Origin: Phoronis australis
Lineage: Eukaryota; Animalia; Phoronida
Reading direction: 5' to 3'
DNA length: 64,000 nucleotides
Assembly: GCA_002633005.1 (NCBI GenBank)
Contig: NMRA01000981.1
Location: 16,486-80,485 of the forward strand
The notes under the pieces were generated by a model that saw nothing but the letters and a program-made list of their open reading frames with translations, was not told the DNA's origin and did no database searches. A program made the position numbers and the translations under genes. This document shows, one piece after another, positions 27,661-40,464 of this stretch. Numbering within the stretch: the first letter of the stretch is position 1; each line of letters starts with the position of its first letter.

Positions 27661-28579
27661 ATACATAGACAGATGGACAGTTTATTTAGCCAGTCGCAAT
27701 GCAAATATTTATGCATCCGCAAAAGTCATTCCTGCTTATAGTAGCCAAAGGTAAACAACTAGACTAACATGTTACTGAGACTATTGGCATAATAGCTATG
27801 ATTACTTGCGGATATCAAAACATGGAGTCTCTTGCAGGAAAGCCACATACAACTAGTTAGTCAAAAATAAAAAGTAAGCGTTGGTTTCAGCAATTTATCT
27901 CACTACGTGAGCAAAGCAACAACCTGTTGCTTCTATCAGCAAAATGATTATCTATCTTCGTACAATGTGTATACTGTAAACTTGCGGGTTAACACCCTGG
28001 GCGCTTAAATTAGGAAACCCTGAGACAGGGGCTGGGCAGTTACCCAAGCAGCGGTTGCTTAAACAGAAAAATTGGCAAAAAGTAGAGGGTAGGTGATTAC
28101 TCAAGCAGTTGCTGACCTTCCATTTATTCAAATTGATGAAATACTCTTGTGTTTCCCAGGGTAAGAAATGTTGTTGCCATGGTGCCCTTATTACTTACAT
28201 CCACAATTTATTGGAGTGTGAAACCTCCTAAGTGAACAGTTATTCTGCAGTTTTTGAGATGCTATTTGAGATCTTATTTGGGGTCATCAATAAGAAAAAT
28301 GTTGTAGTTGGCAATTTATAAACCTCTAAAAAGAAAATGACAATTTAAACATATCAACATTTCTAGATAATATAAATTTGTTGAATAGAAAAATTGGGCA
28401 AACCAACTCTGGATGAGAGGCCCTTGTCCGGAGAATTCTACAACTCTTGTCTTCAAATAGTTTTCTCCAACTCTTACTTTCGCCACTCATTTCTCTTTAG
28501 TCTTCACTTATTGACAACAGTTTCTACTAATTTAATTAAACAAATTCGGCACTGTCAACAATTGATGCGAGTGTTTCGG

Positions 28580-29985
28580 AACAAACAACATTTTATATTA
28601 CAAATTACGATATCGAATCCTCTAACTGATTAAATAATGTTGTTCAACATAGCTTTTTAACTGTAAGATTCTGAATTGATTGGCTTGATATCATGTAAGC
28701 ATAAGCCTTAATTTCTGATTATTGAAATCACAAAACGTATAAACGATAACTTTGGTTAATTTATATCCGGAGTTTTTTAGACGTGGCTGCCATGGAACTG
28801 TTATCTGCATACATCTTTATGCGACATTCATATGTACGACAAATTCCATTTTCAACGGGTCCTAAATTGACAGTTGTGATAAGATTAAGCCTTTTGATCA
28901 AGGAATAGGAACATTCAATGTAGCATTTTCAAGAAGACGGGCGTGTAACTTTTTCAAACCCTAAGCTTCTCCCAAAATTGAAAAGGGAAACGATGTCTTT
29001 AAGATAAAGCAATAAAATCCTGAATTTATCACGGCACTTTTTACTCGTTATAGTTGATTAAATAATGTGTATATAAGTTAATCACCGTCCTTTCATTTTA
29101 ATACGAGGAGCAAGAGTTGTGAATGGATTCCATTCTCCAAAAGTTGTTGCTTACGGATGGTTTGCCGTTGACGTCAGATTTCAAAATGGCTGCCTTTAAC
29201 ATGGACGAGTTGGTTTTCCTAGTTTGACTACTCAAAATCTGTCCCAAATACGTGGTTTGCAGGCAGAAGTTTTGGCCAGATAAGAAAATGGTCAAGGTAG
29301 AACAAGTATGTATGATTTGATTGCATTTACCTTCTTTATTTTTTGAGTTGTTTTCGAGAGTACGTTCACTTTTAGGTTCACATCAGGTCATTGGCATCAC
29401 CTCTTCAGTGGACTGAGTTGCCGCTGCATTAAATTACGAATATTTCCAAATGTACGCCAGCTGGGGTCGTTTTGGTGGTGGGGTAGATGTGGCAAAGATG
29501 CATGTAAATTATGCGTGGACCGTCAGATTTTTATTTGATTTGCCAAAGTTCATTGAATTAAACCATTTTGCCTTCACTTTCAGTAAAAATGCCAGCTGGG
29601 ACATAAAAGACAAGTCGCAATTGAGCTCTTTTTATACGCTCTAGACTTCTTCGCAAATTTGCTTCTAAATATTAAGTCACTGATATGCACTGATGCATTT
29701 CCGTGTCTGGGATCAGGTTGTTCTCTCGTGTCCACATATAATTACACGCAGTGTGATAGTTAAGGGATTGTTCTGAAACCCTCTCGACCCCCACAGCCCT
29801 CCACCCACGACGCCCTCAAAGCCGGTTTCGGCTCCCATCAGGTTATCAACTCGCAATCAGCTTCGCTGGGTCTGTACAGCTGTACAAACCAGCACTCAAC
29901 TAGCAGAAGCCACATGTTTCAAATGCACCATAAACAATGCGGTGTTTCATTGATTTTGACCCAAAAATTTTTGCCCCTATCCCGG
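28580..29985 (+). repeat. Dispersed repeat family X, copy 2
   Basis: Colinear with copies 1 and 3; lacks the 1.16-kb insert but shares the MULE-like left end. Confidence 0.85.
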
Positions 29986-30632
29986 TGTATGAAAACCTCT
30001 TTCAAACACAATTCTGTGTTACGGTTTTACATGGGTTTATTCTAGAAATCTACAAGATACATCTATTCACTACCTCTCAACTAAAAACTTGTTTGTCAGA
30101 ACTAGAGATCATATGGTTGTGAGTCATAATCAGATTTCAGAGAATTGGTTTGCACAACTTTTGCAATCTATGATTGTAGCTACCCGTGCCATATAAGGTT
30201 ATGTTTTGAACTCTGCAATTCTAGTGAAAACCATAAACATAATATCCTCCTTTCTCTGAAAGTTCTTGCTCATGGTCCAGTCAGCCACAGTACATGTCAT
30301 CCAGTGGTGCCCTGATTAATTAATTAAAATATATGTCTTTAGTTTATCATGAGACACAAATTACAGCATACTAACAAATTAGTGTAAACAATCTGTTGAG
30401 TTCCATTAGGGGATAGCCTCAGTGTTCTGGAATCAAAACAAACAAAAGCTACTAGTGGATCATCCTAGTAAACAGTAGAAACTAGCTTCTAAATGTCATC
30501 CAGTCAACTCTGGGTATACTATCAGAGTTACAAAAAAACAGTAATTGGTATTATTCTGACCAATTTCCTCACTGTGTGTATCTCACTGGTGGTTTAATCA
30601 CTCTCCCAAATCTGGTTGTCACAGGCAGGTTA

Positions 30633-30878
30633 TAAAATAAAAAAAAAATAATTGCAGGTGGTCTGATACACGTTGTACCAGACGTGCGCAGGCCTCGCAT
30701 GTGGGCCCATTGCACTGATCACCTGGAAATATTTTTATGCTTTATTAATATATGGTTAAAACCGAGCTGAGGAGCTAGAAACCTGGCTCAAGGGTTTAGC
30801 AGTGTGACCTGGTGGGACTCGAACCCACGACCTCGAGTAAAGAAAGTGGGCACTTATCAACCAGGCCACACTGCCTCC
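30633..30878 (-). mobile_element. Full-length tRNA-derived SINE (246 bp)
   Basis: Minus-strand head GGAGGCAGTGTGGCCTGGTTG (A box) ... GGTTCGAGTCCC (B box); structured 3' part; T-rich tail; perfect 14-bp TSD TCACAGGCAGGTTA at 30619-30632 and 30879-30892. Confidence 0.9.
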
Positions 30879-31002
30879 TCACAGGCAGGTTAGGTATTAC
30901 TTCACTTTTGATGGTGGTGTGTGGGTTGCAGTTTTCTTTGATGGACGTTTCATCAACAATGAAAAACTGTCATCAATACATTCCCATAGCAATTAGTTCT
31001 AA

Positions 31003-31490
31003 AGGCCCTTTCATATTGACTTAACTCCGGTCTGAGGGGAGCGTCGACGTAAACAGCGCAGTTAACTGGACCGTTCATACTGCTTTCGGAAGTTAATGAA
31101 CATCGAAGTAAACGGGAGGTGACGTTGTCGTCATCGAAGTTATTGCAAGGTAGCGCTGCACGCTAAGATTTTTTTCAGTGTGACAATTTGGGAACATTTA
31201 CATGTGCTCACTGACATTAAACTTATTTCTAAATCGATTGGTTATTATAAGAGCAAAATATAAGCAGCTATTAGTGATGGCACTACCCTGTAATTGTTGA
31301 CAATATCAGTGGCACCTGGCGATAACTTTGATTGGACCGAAGTTAAGCGTTCATACTGCACCGCAGCGTCGACGCTGCAGTCTTAAATCCACCTTTTAAC
31401 TGCGATGTTAACTGGAGCTGTTAACTGCTGTCCAGGATCAGGAGTTAAGCGTTCATACTGACCGCAACTCCTCAAACCATCGACATGTCA
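31003..31490. mobile_element. Harbinger-like MITE, longest local copy
   Basis: Starts AGGCCCTTTCATATTG; its right part is the reverse complement of the 27430-27660 and 32880-33045 fragments. Confidence 0.55.
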
Positions 31491-32209
31491 AAATTAGCAT
31501 CAAAGGCTCACCAATCATTAACTTGCCTGAGCAGCAGGGAAACTAATAAATGATCATAAGCTGCCATAAAAACAGTGCAATATCACTTGCAAGTTATATG
31601 TTATATCTTTGTACTATCACACCAGAAGCTTTTGATACATCATATCGAACACATGTATTTTTCTCTACTTTGGGGATCGACAATTACTCATGAAGTGGGC
31701 ACTTAAACCGAAAATTGACAACAGAGGGGAAAAAGATCAGCAAGGCAATGTTGGTTACATGTTGGTAGAAGTTGGTCATCCACTGCTCAATCAGAACGCG
31801 TTTCTACAACCAACATTGACCAAAATTTGCCAACATTCGAAGCAAATGTCATGTGGGTTACCAATATTCGTCACGTGAACGACCAACATTGACCAAAATT
31901 CCCACCAGCTGGTAACTTTTGATGAGTGTTTACCGCTAGGTGTCAGCAGGGGAAAAATTAATGTCGGCTGCGTTTTGTAGACCAGGAAAGACTGACAGAC
32001 TGATTTTCCTGTATTTACGGAAATTAATTGACTTTTGTGACAGGAATTCTTTGCAGATCGCCGACACAGTTTGTTCAAGACAATGGCTAGATCGGCGCTT
32101 CGCCAGCTCGGCCCACCTTGGCCCGTGAAACTGACCCAGCAGTCAATGAAGGTAGGCCTAATCATTCATATGTTCGTAACTTGTTGATTTTCTAACTGAG
32201 AACCACTTT

Positions 32210-32690
32210 TTTTATTAACCCCAGCATCGTTCCGTATACCCTTTGTTGCATTCTAAGGACAGTTAGACCATTCTGCCACCACGTTTGCAGAACATGTTTG
32301 AATGTTTGTATTTCAGTGAAGGGAGCAATTAAAGTTGTCAGGTATCATATCTTGAGTCCTTGTAAGTTGTTTGGTTTCTGTCATCACCACAAAATTAACC
32401 TTAAACAGTCTGAGTTCATGTCCTGGTCACTTTAGAGAGCAACTTTTTATTAACCCCAGCATCCTTCCTTATACCCTTTGTAGCATTCTAAGGACAATGC
32501 TCTATGTTTTGTTCATTTACGTCAATCGGTTAGACCATTCTGCCACCACGTTTGCAGAACATGTGGTTGAATGTTTGTATTTCAGTGGAGGGCAGAAATT
32601 TTGCTTTTCCTGAAAGTTACCTTTTTAGCAATTAAAGTTGTCACTATCATATCTTGAGTCGTGTAAGTTGTTTGGTTTCTGTCATCACCA
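32210..32690 (+). repeat. Local tandem duplication with an offset of about 240-300 bp
   Basis: TTTATTAACCCCAGCATC, GTTAGACCATTCTGCCACCACGTTTGCAGAACATG and GTTTGGTTTCTGTCATCACCACAAAATTAACC each occur twice. Confidence 0.8.
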
Positions 32691-33045
32691 CAAAATTAAC
32701 CTTAAACAGTGTGAGTTCATGTCCTGGTCACTTTACACAAGCGTATCCTGGGCATATGCAAACCATTTTAAGTACAAATTCGGGTGATTCCTTTAAATAT
32801 CGGTTTTCTACCAAACTCTTATTTTAATACTATTTCATTTTTGTCCATAATTCATTAAAGGACCTTTCATACTAACGTTGACACGTCGATGTTTTTGGGA
32901 GTTGCGGTCAGTATGAACAGTGAACTACAGTTTGGTCCTGGATTGAAGTTAACAGCTTCAGTTAACTTAAGTAAACATATGGTTTTCACAGTGGAGCATT
33001 CATGCTGCAATATGCGGTATGAACGGTGAACTTTGGTTCCATCAA

Positions 33046-33330
33046 CGCTTCTTTCAGTCTGTACTTTGGTAGTGGTAGATCCATGGGGATCGCATAGGGT
33101 CGGCCATTGACTCGTAGGCACTGAACGCATTTTCGTAGCTCAGACTTGACAATCTGTCGAATTCTTGGTATCCAGTATTGTTGTCTGACTTGAGTAATTG
33201 TAGACGCAGTTCCAGCATGTTTTAACAAATCGTGTGCATGTTTGATGATGGGAATAGAGAATCTGTCGTCAGGAGGAAGTAACATCGGATGGGATATTTG
33301 CATTCTCAGTTGGATTCTATGAAAGATTAA
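33046..33330 (-). pseudogene. BEL/Pao integrase zinc-binding (HHCC) fragment
   Basis: PMLLP...IIKHAHDLLKHAGTASTITQVRQQYWIPRIRQIVKSELRKCVQCLRVNGRPY...PLPKYRL. Confidence 0.9.
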
Positions 33331-33354
33331 TCGGTATAACGAAATCAGCAATGA

Positions 33355-33530
33355 AGTAAGTGCTCGGGAAATCATGTGTAACGCTGGACGAACGTGTCAC
33401 TGTCCTGACAGAAATAGAATCTGTCATCAACAACAGACCATTAACATATGTATCAAGTGATAATGACGACCCAACCCCGCTTACTCCATCGCATCTGATC
33501 CATGGACTACAACACTACCCCGCCAGTTTA
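33355..33530 (+). pseudogene. BEL/Pao integrase core C-terminal fragment
   Basis: LGKSCVTLDERVTVLTEIESVINNRPLTYVSSDNDDPTPLTPSHLIHG, with the EIExxxNxRPLT and PLTPxHL motifs. Confidence 0.9.
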
Positions 33531-34059
33531 CAGACGAAATTAACTTCATGCGAATTCATGACACATTTTCCTATCTACAACTTGTGTCACATAAGTCCCC
33601 TCCACACACAGCCTACTCTAAAACAACTTTCACTAGTGCAACTTACCTCACTTTTGCAATAGAAAACCTGTCTACATGTAATCGCAGGTGATAATTACTT
33701 CCGCCCTACCCCACTTTTCCAGCCACGCTGCAGTTACAAGTGGTGCATTAGTTGCCCTAAAACAAGTAACCTCACTTCAATAATGTGGAGTACCCAAAAG
33801 TTCTTGTTCCTGGAGTAACTTTTTCTAGGATAAGTCTGTATGTGAACAGCACTATAGACAATTACCTGTGTTGTTATTTGGCATTGCTCAATATTTTTGT
33901 TGCTGTATACACTTTATTTCACTACATGGATATATATTGAATAACTTGATTCATTTGCTTTGTGATGAAAATGATGATAATGGGTCTGGTGCTCTCAAGT
34001 CCTCTCCCTATTATGATAGTGATTCATTTAGAGCTTATGCTGCTGACCTTCCATTATAA

Positions 34060-34215
34060 TTTCAAATTGATAAAACACTTGTGTTTCCCAGGGTAAGAAA
34101 TGTTGTTGCCATGGTGCCTTTATTACTTACATCCACTATTTATTGAATTGTGAAACCTCCAAAGTGAACAGTTATTCTGCAGTTTTTGAGATGCTATTTG
34201 AGATCTTATTTGGAT
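34060..34215 (+). repeat. Dispersed duplicate of 28125-28280
   Basis: Shared TTGTGTTTCCCAGGGTAAGAAATGTTGTTGCCATGGTGCC...GAGATCTTATTTGG. Confidence 0.8.
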
Positions 34216-35079
34216 CTATTTTTAAATATGTCTGATCATTTACCTAATATTCCCTTTTGTTTTTTGAGAACATTACAAAAAGCAAAAGCACCCGAAATTG
34301 TTTACAAAAATTTCATTACAGTTTAGCCCTACAATTAAGCGCATGCGCCTGTATGCGAATCACTGCGTATTTTTGCAAGATTTTTTACTGAAATGTCAGG
34401 CATATAGGCGCATGCGCCTAAGGTGGCACTGAACATTTAGGCTGTTAGGCTGCAGGCATTTTCTAGTCCTTAGAATTTAAATACAGGATGTTTGTCACAT
34501 TTGGCTGGAGGTTTGAGGAATTTGTAGAATAAAATTGCCAGGTAACGGATTTACTTGTGTTGTTGAATAAGAAAAGCCAATTTTTTGTAGCCATGACCTA
34601 CTTTCCATGCAAAATAGTGGCTTGCTTTCAACCCCTGTGCGATTTCAGGTGGCTGTCAGACGGATCAAAATTGCGAAAAAAAGTAGCTGGAAAGGGGCGT
34701 ACTATGACCGCATTTTTAGAATTTAAAGAAAACGAGCATTCTGAATCTGTTGTCAGATTTTTTTATCACTGGCAGGGAGGTAGAAAATTTGAGGAGAAAC
34801 TGTAAAAATTGGGGGTTTTGTCCAATTTTTGTGTGCCGGTAATTTTTCCTGATGTGAATTAGTCGATTAAAAATCTGTAGCAGAATTAAGTTTCAGTTAT
34901 CATGAGCAGTGCTTTTGAGTTGGGAATGCCAAAAGTCTTTTGTTGTTTTCAGAATCTCGAAAAGGACGTGAGATAAGGACTCGTCTCCACTTGGGTGTGT
35001 GTGTCGGCGGCCAAAATCCTGTTGTAACTGTAGTGTGCCTTTTAAACCAGATTGCATAATTGCATCTTCCTCGCTTCAG

Positions 35080-35850
35080 GACCATGACAAGACTGTGCGT
35101 AGCTTCAGCAAGGAGTACGAGTCCAAGTGAGGCTACACTCGCTTTGGAAGATGTCTGGGCCAGAGTTTCCAAGGAAGTCATAAAAGAATTGTTGACCGCA
35201 TAAGGGATGACCCGGTACTCTGCTCTATCGACATTCCACTGCCTATCATCAACTCCTTGTCCATCACAATATATTTGAGGAAGTTGGAAAAGTAGGCAAA
35301 TTGTAGTCAAAAGTGGTTCCTCACCGAAAGGTATTTTCCAGTCAGGCCCATGCCAGATGCCCCTAGCCTCCCCACTTTGTTACAATTGCCAGATCGACCA
35401 GAGGTCTACTATGCAGCGCATTTCTGGGAATAGATATCTGGTTAAGGAGATCATGGGTGTGGATGAACCAAGGGTCTGTTGCTGTGGCTCCATGTGCTCC
35501 AGTTCTGGTCGTGGTTCCTGCTCAGCCACAGGCACCTTTTGTAAGATTGGAGCAGCAGTCATAGAACCAAAGGAGCTAAAGTACACCTCCGCAACCACTT
35601 CCCTCAAATTCAGTCATGCGTAAAAAGTCCAAGGATCACTGCGCTGCCTGCAAGCAACCAAAGTGTGGTGGGTTACCTAAGCGGTGCACCACCTCAAAGG
35701 ACAAGACATCTGGCAGTCCACAGAAGATGTTCACATTCTGTTTCACCACTGGGAGATCGACTACACCAGGTTGGATGGAGTCTATAAAAGCTTCCAGTGT
35801 TTCAAAGAGTGTGGATGCAGGTCTCCTGAAAAGAAATAATGCCTGTTGAT
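35080..35850 (+). pseudogene. Degenerate coding remnant, probably the C-terminal part of a DNA-transposon-encoded protein
   Basis: GC-richer segment with interrupted peptides HDKTVRSFSKEYESK*GYTRFGRCLG, KRIVDRIRDDPVLCSIDIPLPIINS and CAACKQPKCGG...TFCFTTG. From memory it resembles multicopy DUF6729-associated proteins; not verified. Confidence 0.45.
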
Positions 35851-36314
35851 AGGTTTAAACTAAGTCTGATTACAAAGGTTGGAGCTGCAACTATGAACTG
35901 AATATTTTTGGTGTAGTTGAGGTGATTTTAAAGGCAGTTATTAAAGTAGTAAAAGTGGCGATTTAAGAGAATTTTTGTTTATTTTTAGTTCACAATGGAA
36001 ATGATTTGCTGCATGATATGTAAGTTCATATGTTGTGCGTATTTGTGTACCAAATGCTGCTTTACTGCCCATATGTGTGAAGCTTTGTCTTTTCCGCTGC
36101 TTTCAAAACATTTTATGCCATACTTGGTGTGTGGTTTTTCCTGGGAGCTTTCCTGTAGCTTTTGTCATGGCTGTTGTTGTTTAACCAAACTGACTTTGTT
36201 GTTAACACTTGTTGGGAGTATTGTGTCTGTGTGACCTGAGTTCTGCTTAGCAGTGCAGATTTGTTTGTTTTTCAAATTGGTCGTAAGCAGCTTGGCAGAC
36301 TCAAAACAGCTACT

Positions 36315-36412
36315 TTTATTTATTTATTATTTATTTATTTATTTATTATTGTGATATTTAAAATGAGGGTGGCCTCTTCAGTGATAGCACTGCTTTCCAA
36401 GAGGGCTACGCT
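36315..36412 (-). mobile_element. 3' tail of a CR1/L2-type LINE or partner SINE
   Basis: Minus strand reads CCTCTT-GGAAAGCAGTG...CACTG-AAGAGG stem-loop followed by an (AAAT/AAT)n tail. Confidence 0.5.
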
Positions 36413-36439
36413 AGCTGAATGTTCACATTTCTAAAGTTT

Positions 36440-36812
36440 TTGTGTAACCCTGGTTTATCTTATATGTGTTTTCAACTGCTTTTTTGTTTGTTATTTACAG
36501 AATGCCTGTCTGGCATGTACGTTTAATCTTTGTGTTGTAAATAAGGGCTGAGATAACACAGTCATATTGAACGATAATGTTCACTTTTTAGAAAGGCACA
36601 ACGTGATGTTATGGATCGAATCCTGGTGGCTGACCGTGCCTGTTATCTCAGCGTCTAGTTTGTTCATTAATTATATGGCGTTCTGGAAGGAGAATCAATT
36701 ATTTTCTGAAACGACTATGAAATAATAAATCTTTACTACTATGAAATAACGAGACAGTGTAAAGAGATGGCCCAAAATTCAAGCACGTGCGAGGTAAGAT
36801 AACTAAGGTCTC
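36440..36812 (+). repeat. Dispersed repeat of about 370 bp with a palindromic core; second copy at 51222-51598
   Basis: Two copies with 104/106 identity in the core bounded by GCTGAGATAACA...TGTTATCTCAGC. Confidence 0.9.
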
Positions 36813-37099
36813 GTTTTGTTACTAAATTCCCTTTTTGGTGTTTTTTGTGCTTTTAGCCCCTCAGTGATTGCAGGAAAACAGGATAATCACTTAGGTGGGG
36901 GAGTCATGGCCCGGGAATGGGCAATGACCAAGTCAAGTGCATAAGCGTCGTGGTTTAGTGCACATAACAGGAGTGTCTACACAATTAGCACCAGATGAGA
37001 AAACGCTTTAAGCAATTTTGTACAAAGATTTTGGATTTACTATGTATGCCAATATTGAAATACTAATCAACTCTGGCACGTCACATACTGGCAATGAAT

Positions 37100-40000
37100 G
37101 TTGAAAGGGTCTCCAGTTTGTTTTAGGGTTGGTAACATTTTCAACTTAAGCCGGTCTTTCCGAAACATCTACCTATCTAATAACGACATCACATCCCCTG
37201 ATTTAGTGATTTGCTCTGAATATTTTTTTTTAAAGTATGACACATGTGACGTTTATACAATAAAGGTGTATCAAAAGAAATATCCTGAGCGTGATGAATG
37301 AAGATTTAGGTAAATTTGACCGTTGTTTAATTGCCGCTAAGAATCAACATAAGCAGACTGTCAGAACATGGTTGAAGCCCGGCGCGCTAGAATGGGTGAT
37401 TATAGCACCCAACACCAACTCCAGCACCGTTGCTTGTCTTCACCTATGAAAGCTAAAATGGCCAAGGGAACTCCCTATACTTTTCTATGTAGGAAACATT
37501 TTCAAATTAAGCCGGTCTTTCCGATAAACCTATCTTTTAAAGTGGAGTACCAAAAACGTCTATATGATATAGGGGATTTGTTCAAAATAACTTTCAACTG
37601 GAATCATTTTCCATCCCATATGTGCAAGTTTTAAAACGAACTAATGCAACGCGAAAAGATGAAATATCGTAAATCGTGGAATCGGATATTTTTGTATTCG
37701 GAATTTTGTGTATGTCACAGGCATGTGTTTTCTAAAAACTAGCATACAATAAAAGTAAATTCCTAACCTAAATAGCAAAACAACTGCATCAATACATTGA
37801 TAAGATATTGTTTACCTTAAATATTCACGATGAATTTATAAAAAAGGCTCTTACGTTTTCTAAGTTTGCACTTTGCTTTTCCTTTGTGAAAAAACTTCAA
37901 TTCTGTCATCAAATCCCGAGTCTTAATTTTTGATAGCCCTCACACAAAAGTGGAACATTATAAAATAATGCCTATTAATGTAGAGAACAGTACATAAAGA
38001 ATATTATGTTATTTTTTCCAAATCCCGTAAGCCGTTTCCCAGATATGCTGTTCCAATTTTACCCGAATTTGACTATTTCCATAAGGTCTTGGAGACCATT
38101 AAGATTGCCAAATGACGAAGCAAAAAGTTTCCGCCGGGCATGGTCACCTGTCGGGAACTATGAAAGATAAATGGTCAACAGCATTCCCTACATGTTTCTC
38201 TGTTGGTAACATTTTCAAGTTAAGCCCGTCTTTGCGAAAAACCTACCTTCTAAAGCGTGATATTAAAGCCTTATTGTGATTTGGTCAATTCATACAAGCT
38301 TTAAACTGTGGGATGTTGAATGGTGTCACGAAATCCGTGAGATTCATGATATATTATTTAGTGTGATAGTTTGGCAAAATTATTGACATTTGGTGTTTGC
38401 TAGCAAATTGTTTGTGTTTATAGTAACTTGTTTTAGCTGTCAGCTGAGTCAGAGACCAACCCATCCGGCGTGTCCACACATGTCATTCACAGAATCATAG
38501 CCTAAAGACAGCTGACCATTACCATACATGGCAAACACAACAGAATGGTTCTGATTATTGTTTGTGAAGTCTCTTAGAGTTGCTTCCTGTTATTTCCTGT
38601 GGAATCTTGACTCATGATCATGTTTAGTGCATGCAACCCACATATTTGTAACTTGTAAATAAATCCGTTCACTTGTCTAATAAAGACAGTCCTCACCTTG
38701 CCATTGCCAGTTGCTTTACTATTGAGTGTTCCACACTTAGTTACTGAATACAACCATCTCATTGACGGACCGAGACAGTCCAGCCACAACACAACAATGC
38801 TACTAAGTCAAGTTATTCTACTGCCACTGCCACTTGTGTTATACTACATTGTGAATGGATTCCTTTTCTATCACCTATCTGCAAGCTTTCTCATTATTGA
38901 ATATGTAAAAATTAATACAACGCTAAAATAACATATCGATAATCGTTGAATCAGCTGTTTTTCTATGTGGGATTTCGCACATGTCACTGGTATGTATTTT
39001 CACAAAAATAACATAAAGGAAAGGCAATTCCTACCGTAAATAGCAAACCAAGTGTATCAATACATTGATCAGATATTCTTTTACTGAAATGTTCACGATG
39101 AATTTTTTTAAAAGGGATTTTACATTTTAATAAGTTAGGTCTTTGCTTTTGCATTATGCAAAAACCTCATGTTTTCACAAAATCCTAAGTCATCATTTTT
39201 GACAGTCTCTAACACTAAAGTGGAACATTACAAAATAATACCTAACACAATTTGGAGAACAATACATAAAGAATATTATGTCAGTTGTTCATCAATTCCA
39301 TAAGCCGTTCGGTTTCCCAGAGTATGCTGTTCCAATTTTAGCCGAATTTGACCATTTCCAAAAGGACCGAGAGATCCTTAAGATGGCCAAATAACCGAGA
39401 AAAAAGATTCCAGGACTGCCACCTAACGGGAATTATGAAAGAGAAAGGGTCAATGGCATTGCGTACACAACGGTTTCTCTGCTGGTAACATTTTCAACCT
39501 AAGGCCGGTCTTTCTGAAAAACCTACATTCTAATGTAAAATATGAAACCGTCTTGGTGATTTAATGGTTCAGGTCAAAATGACTTTCATATGGAGATATT
39601 TGATGGATTCATTTTATATCACGTATGTGCAACTTTTCTCATTATTGAAATTGAAACAATCCACCGCTAAAAGATAAGGTATCCTTAATCTTTAAATCAG
39701 CTATTTTTGTATTTGGGATTTTGCATATGTCACTGGCATGTACTTTCAAAACCCTACCATAAAAGGAAGGTAGATTCCTACCGTAAGTAGGAAAACAACT
39801 GTATCCATACATTGATCAGATATTTTTGACTGAAAGGTTCACGATAAAGTTTTTAAAGCTTGTTAGGGCTTTCAAATTTAGAGATATTTCTGAAAGATTG
39901 AAGGACAACATGCAATTAATCTAGATAAATTTCATATTAATGGCCTCTAAGACCATGTGGAAAGGGCTAAATCTGACTAAAATCGGATTAACATATCTGA

Positions 40001-40330
40001 GAAGAGATTCATAAAATATTTGAAATATTATTCTTTCTTTAAAGTGTTCCAAATTGTTAGACAATATTTCATAATGTTCCACTTTTGTGTGAGTGGCTAT
40101 TAAACATTAAGACTCAGTCGAGATTTCATGAAAAATCTGATATTTTTGCATAAAGCAAAGGCAAAACACTAGCTGATCGTGCATTTGTTTAGTTTTTTAA
40201 TGAGCTTTAAACAGAAGAGTAACAGTTTGTAAGAGGCGACAATATTCACGCTTCTGTCTTGGTAACATTTTCAGCTTAGCCGGTCTTTTTGAAAAAGCTA
40301 CGCTTTAATGGAGGTATAAAATTTCTGTGA
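37100..40330. repeat. Diverged nested duplications carrying GGTAACATTTTCA-N-AGCCGGTCTTT
   Basis: Motif at about 37131, 37493, 38205, 39484 and 40261. Blocks 37620-38300 and 38880-39600 align; related sequence at 15150-15380 and 51600-52130; an inverted piece at 40060-40170. Confidence 0.7.
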
Positions 40331-40464
40331 TTGATTCGTTTGATTCAAATTAATTTTAAAAACTACACCGAACACAAAGCTTAGGCTTATCGTAAATCGG
40401 AAAAGTATTGCCCATTTTTGTGAATGGGTTATTCAAATCCGGCACCGCAACTAATTATTGTGAG

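Noticed and set aside
30805-30878. tRNA gene
   Set aside because: No proper acceptor stem or anticodon arm; it is the head of a TSD-flanked SINE.
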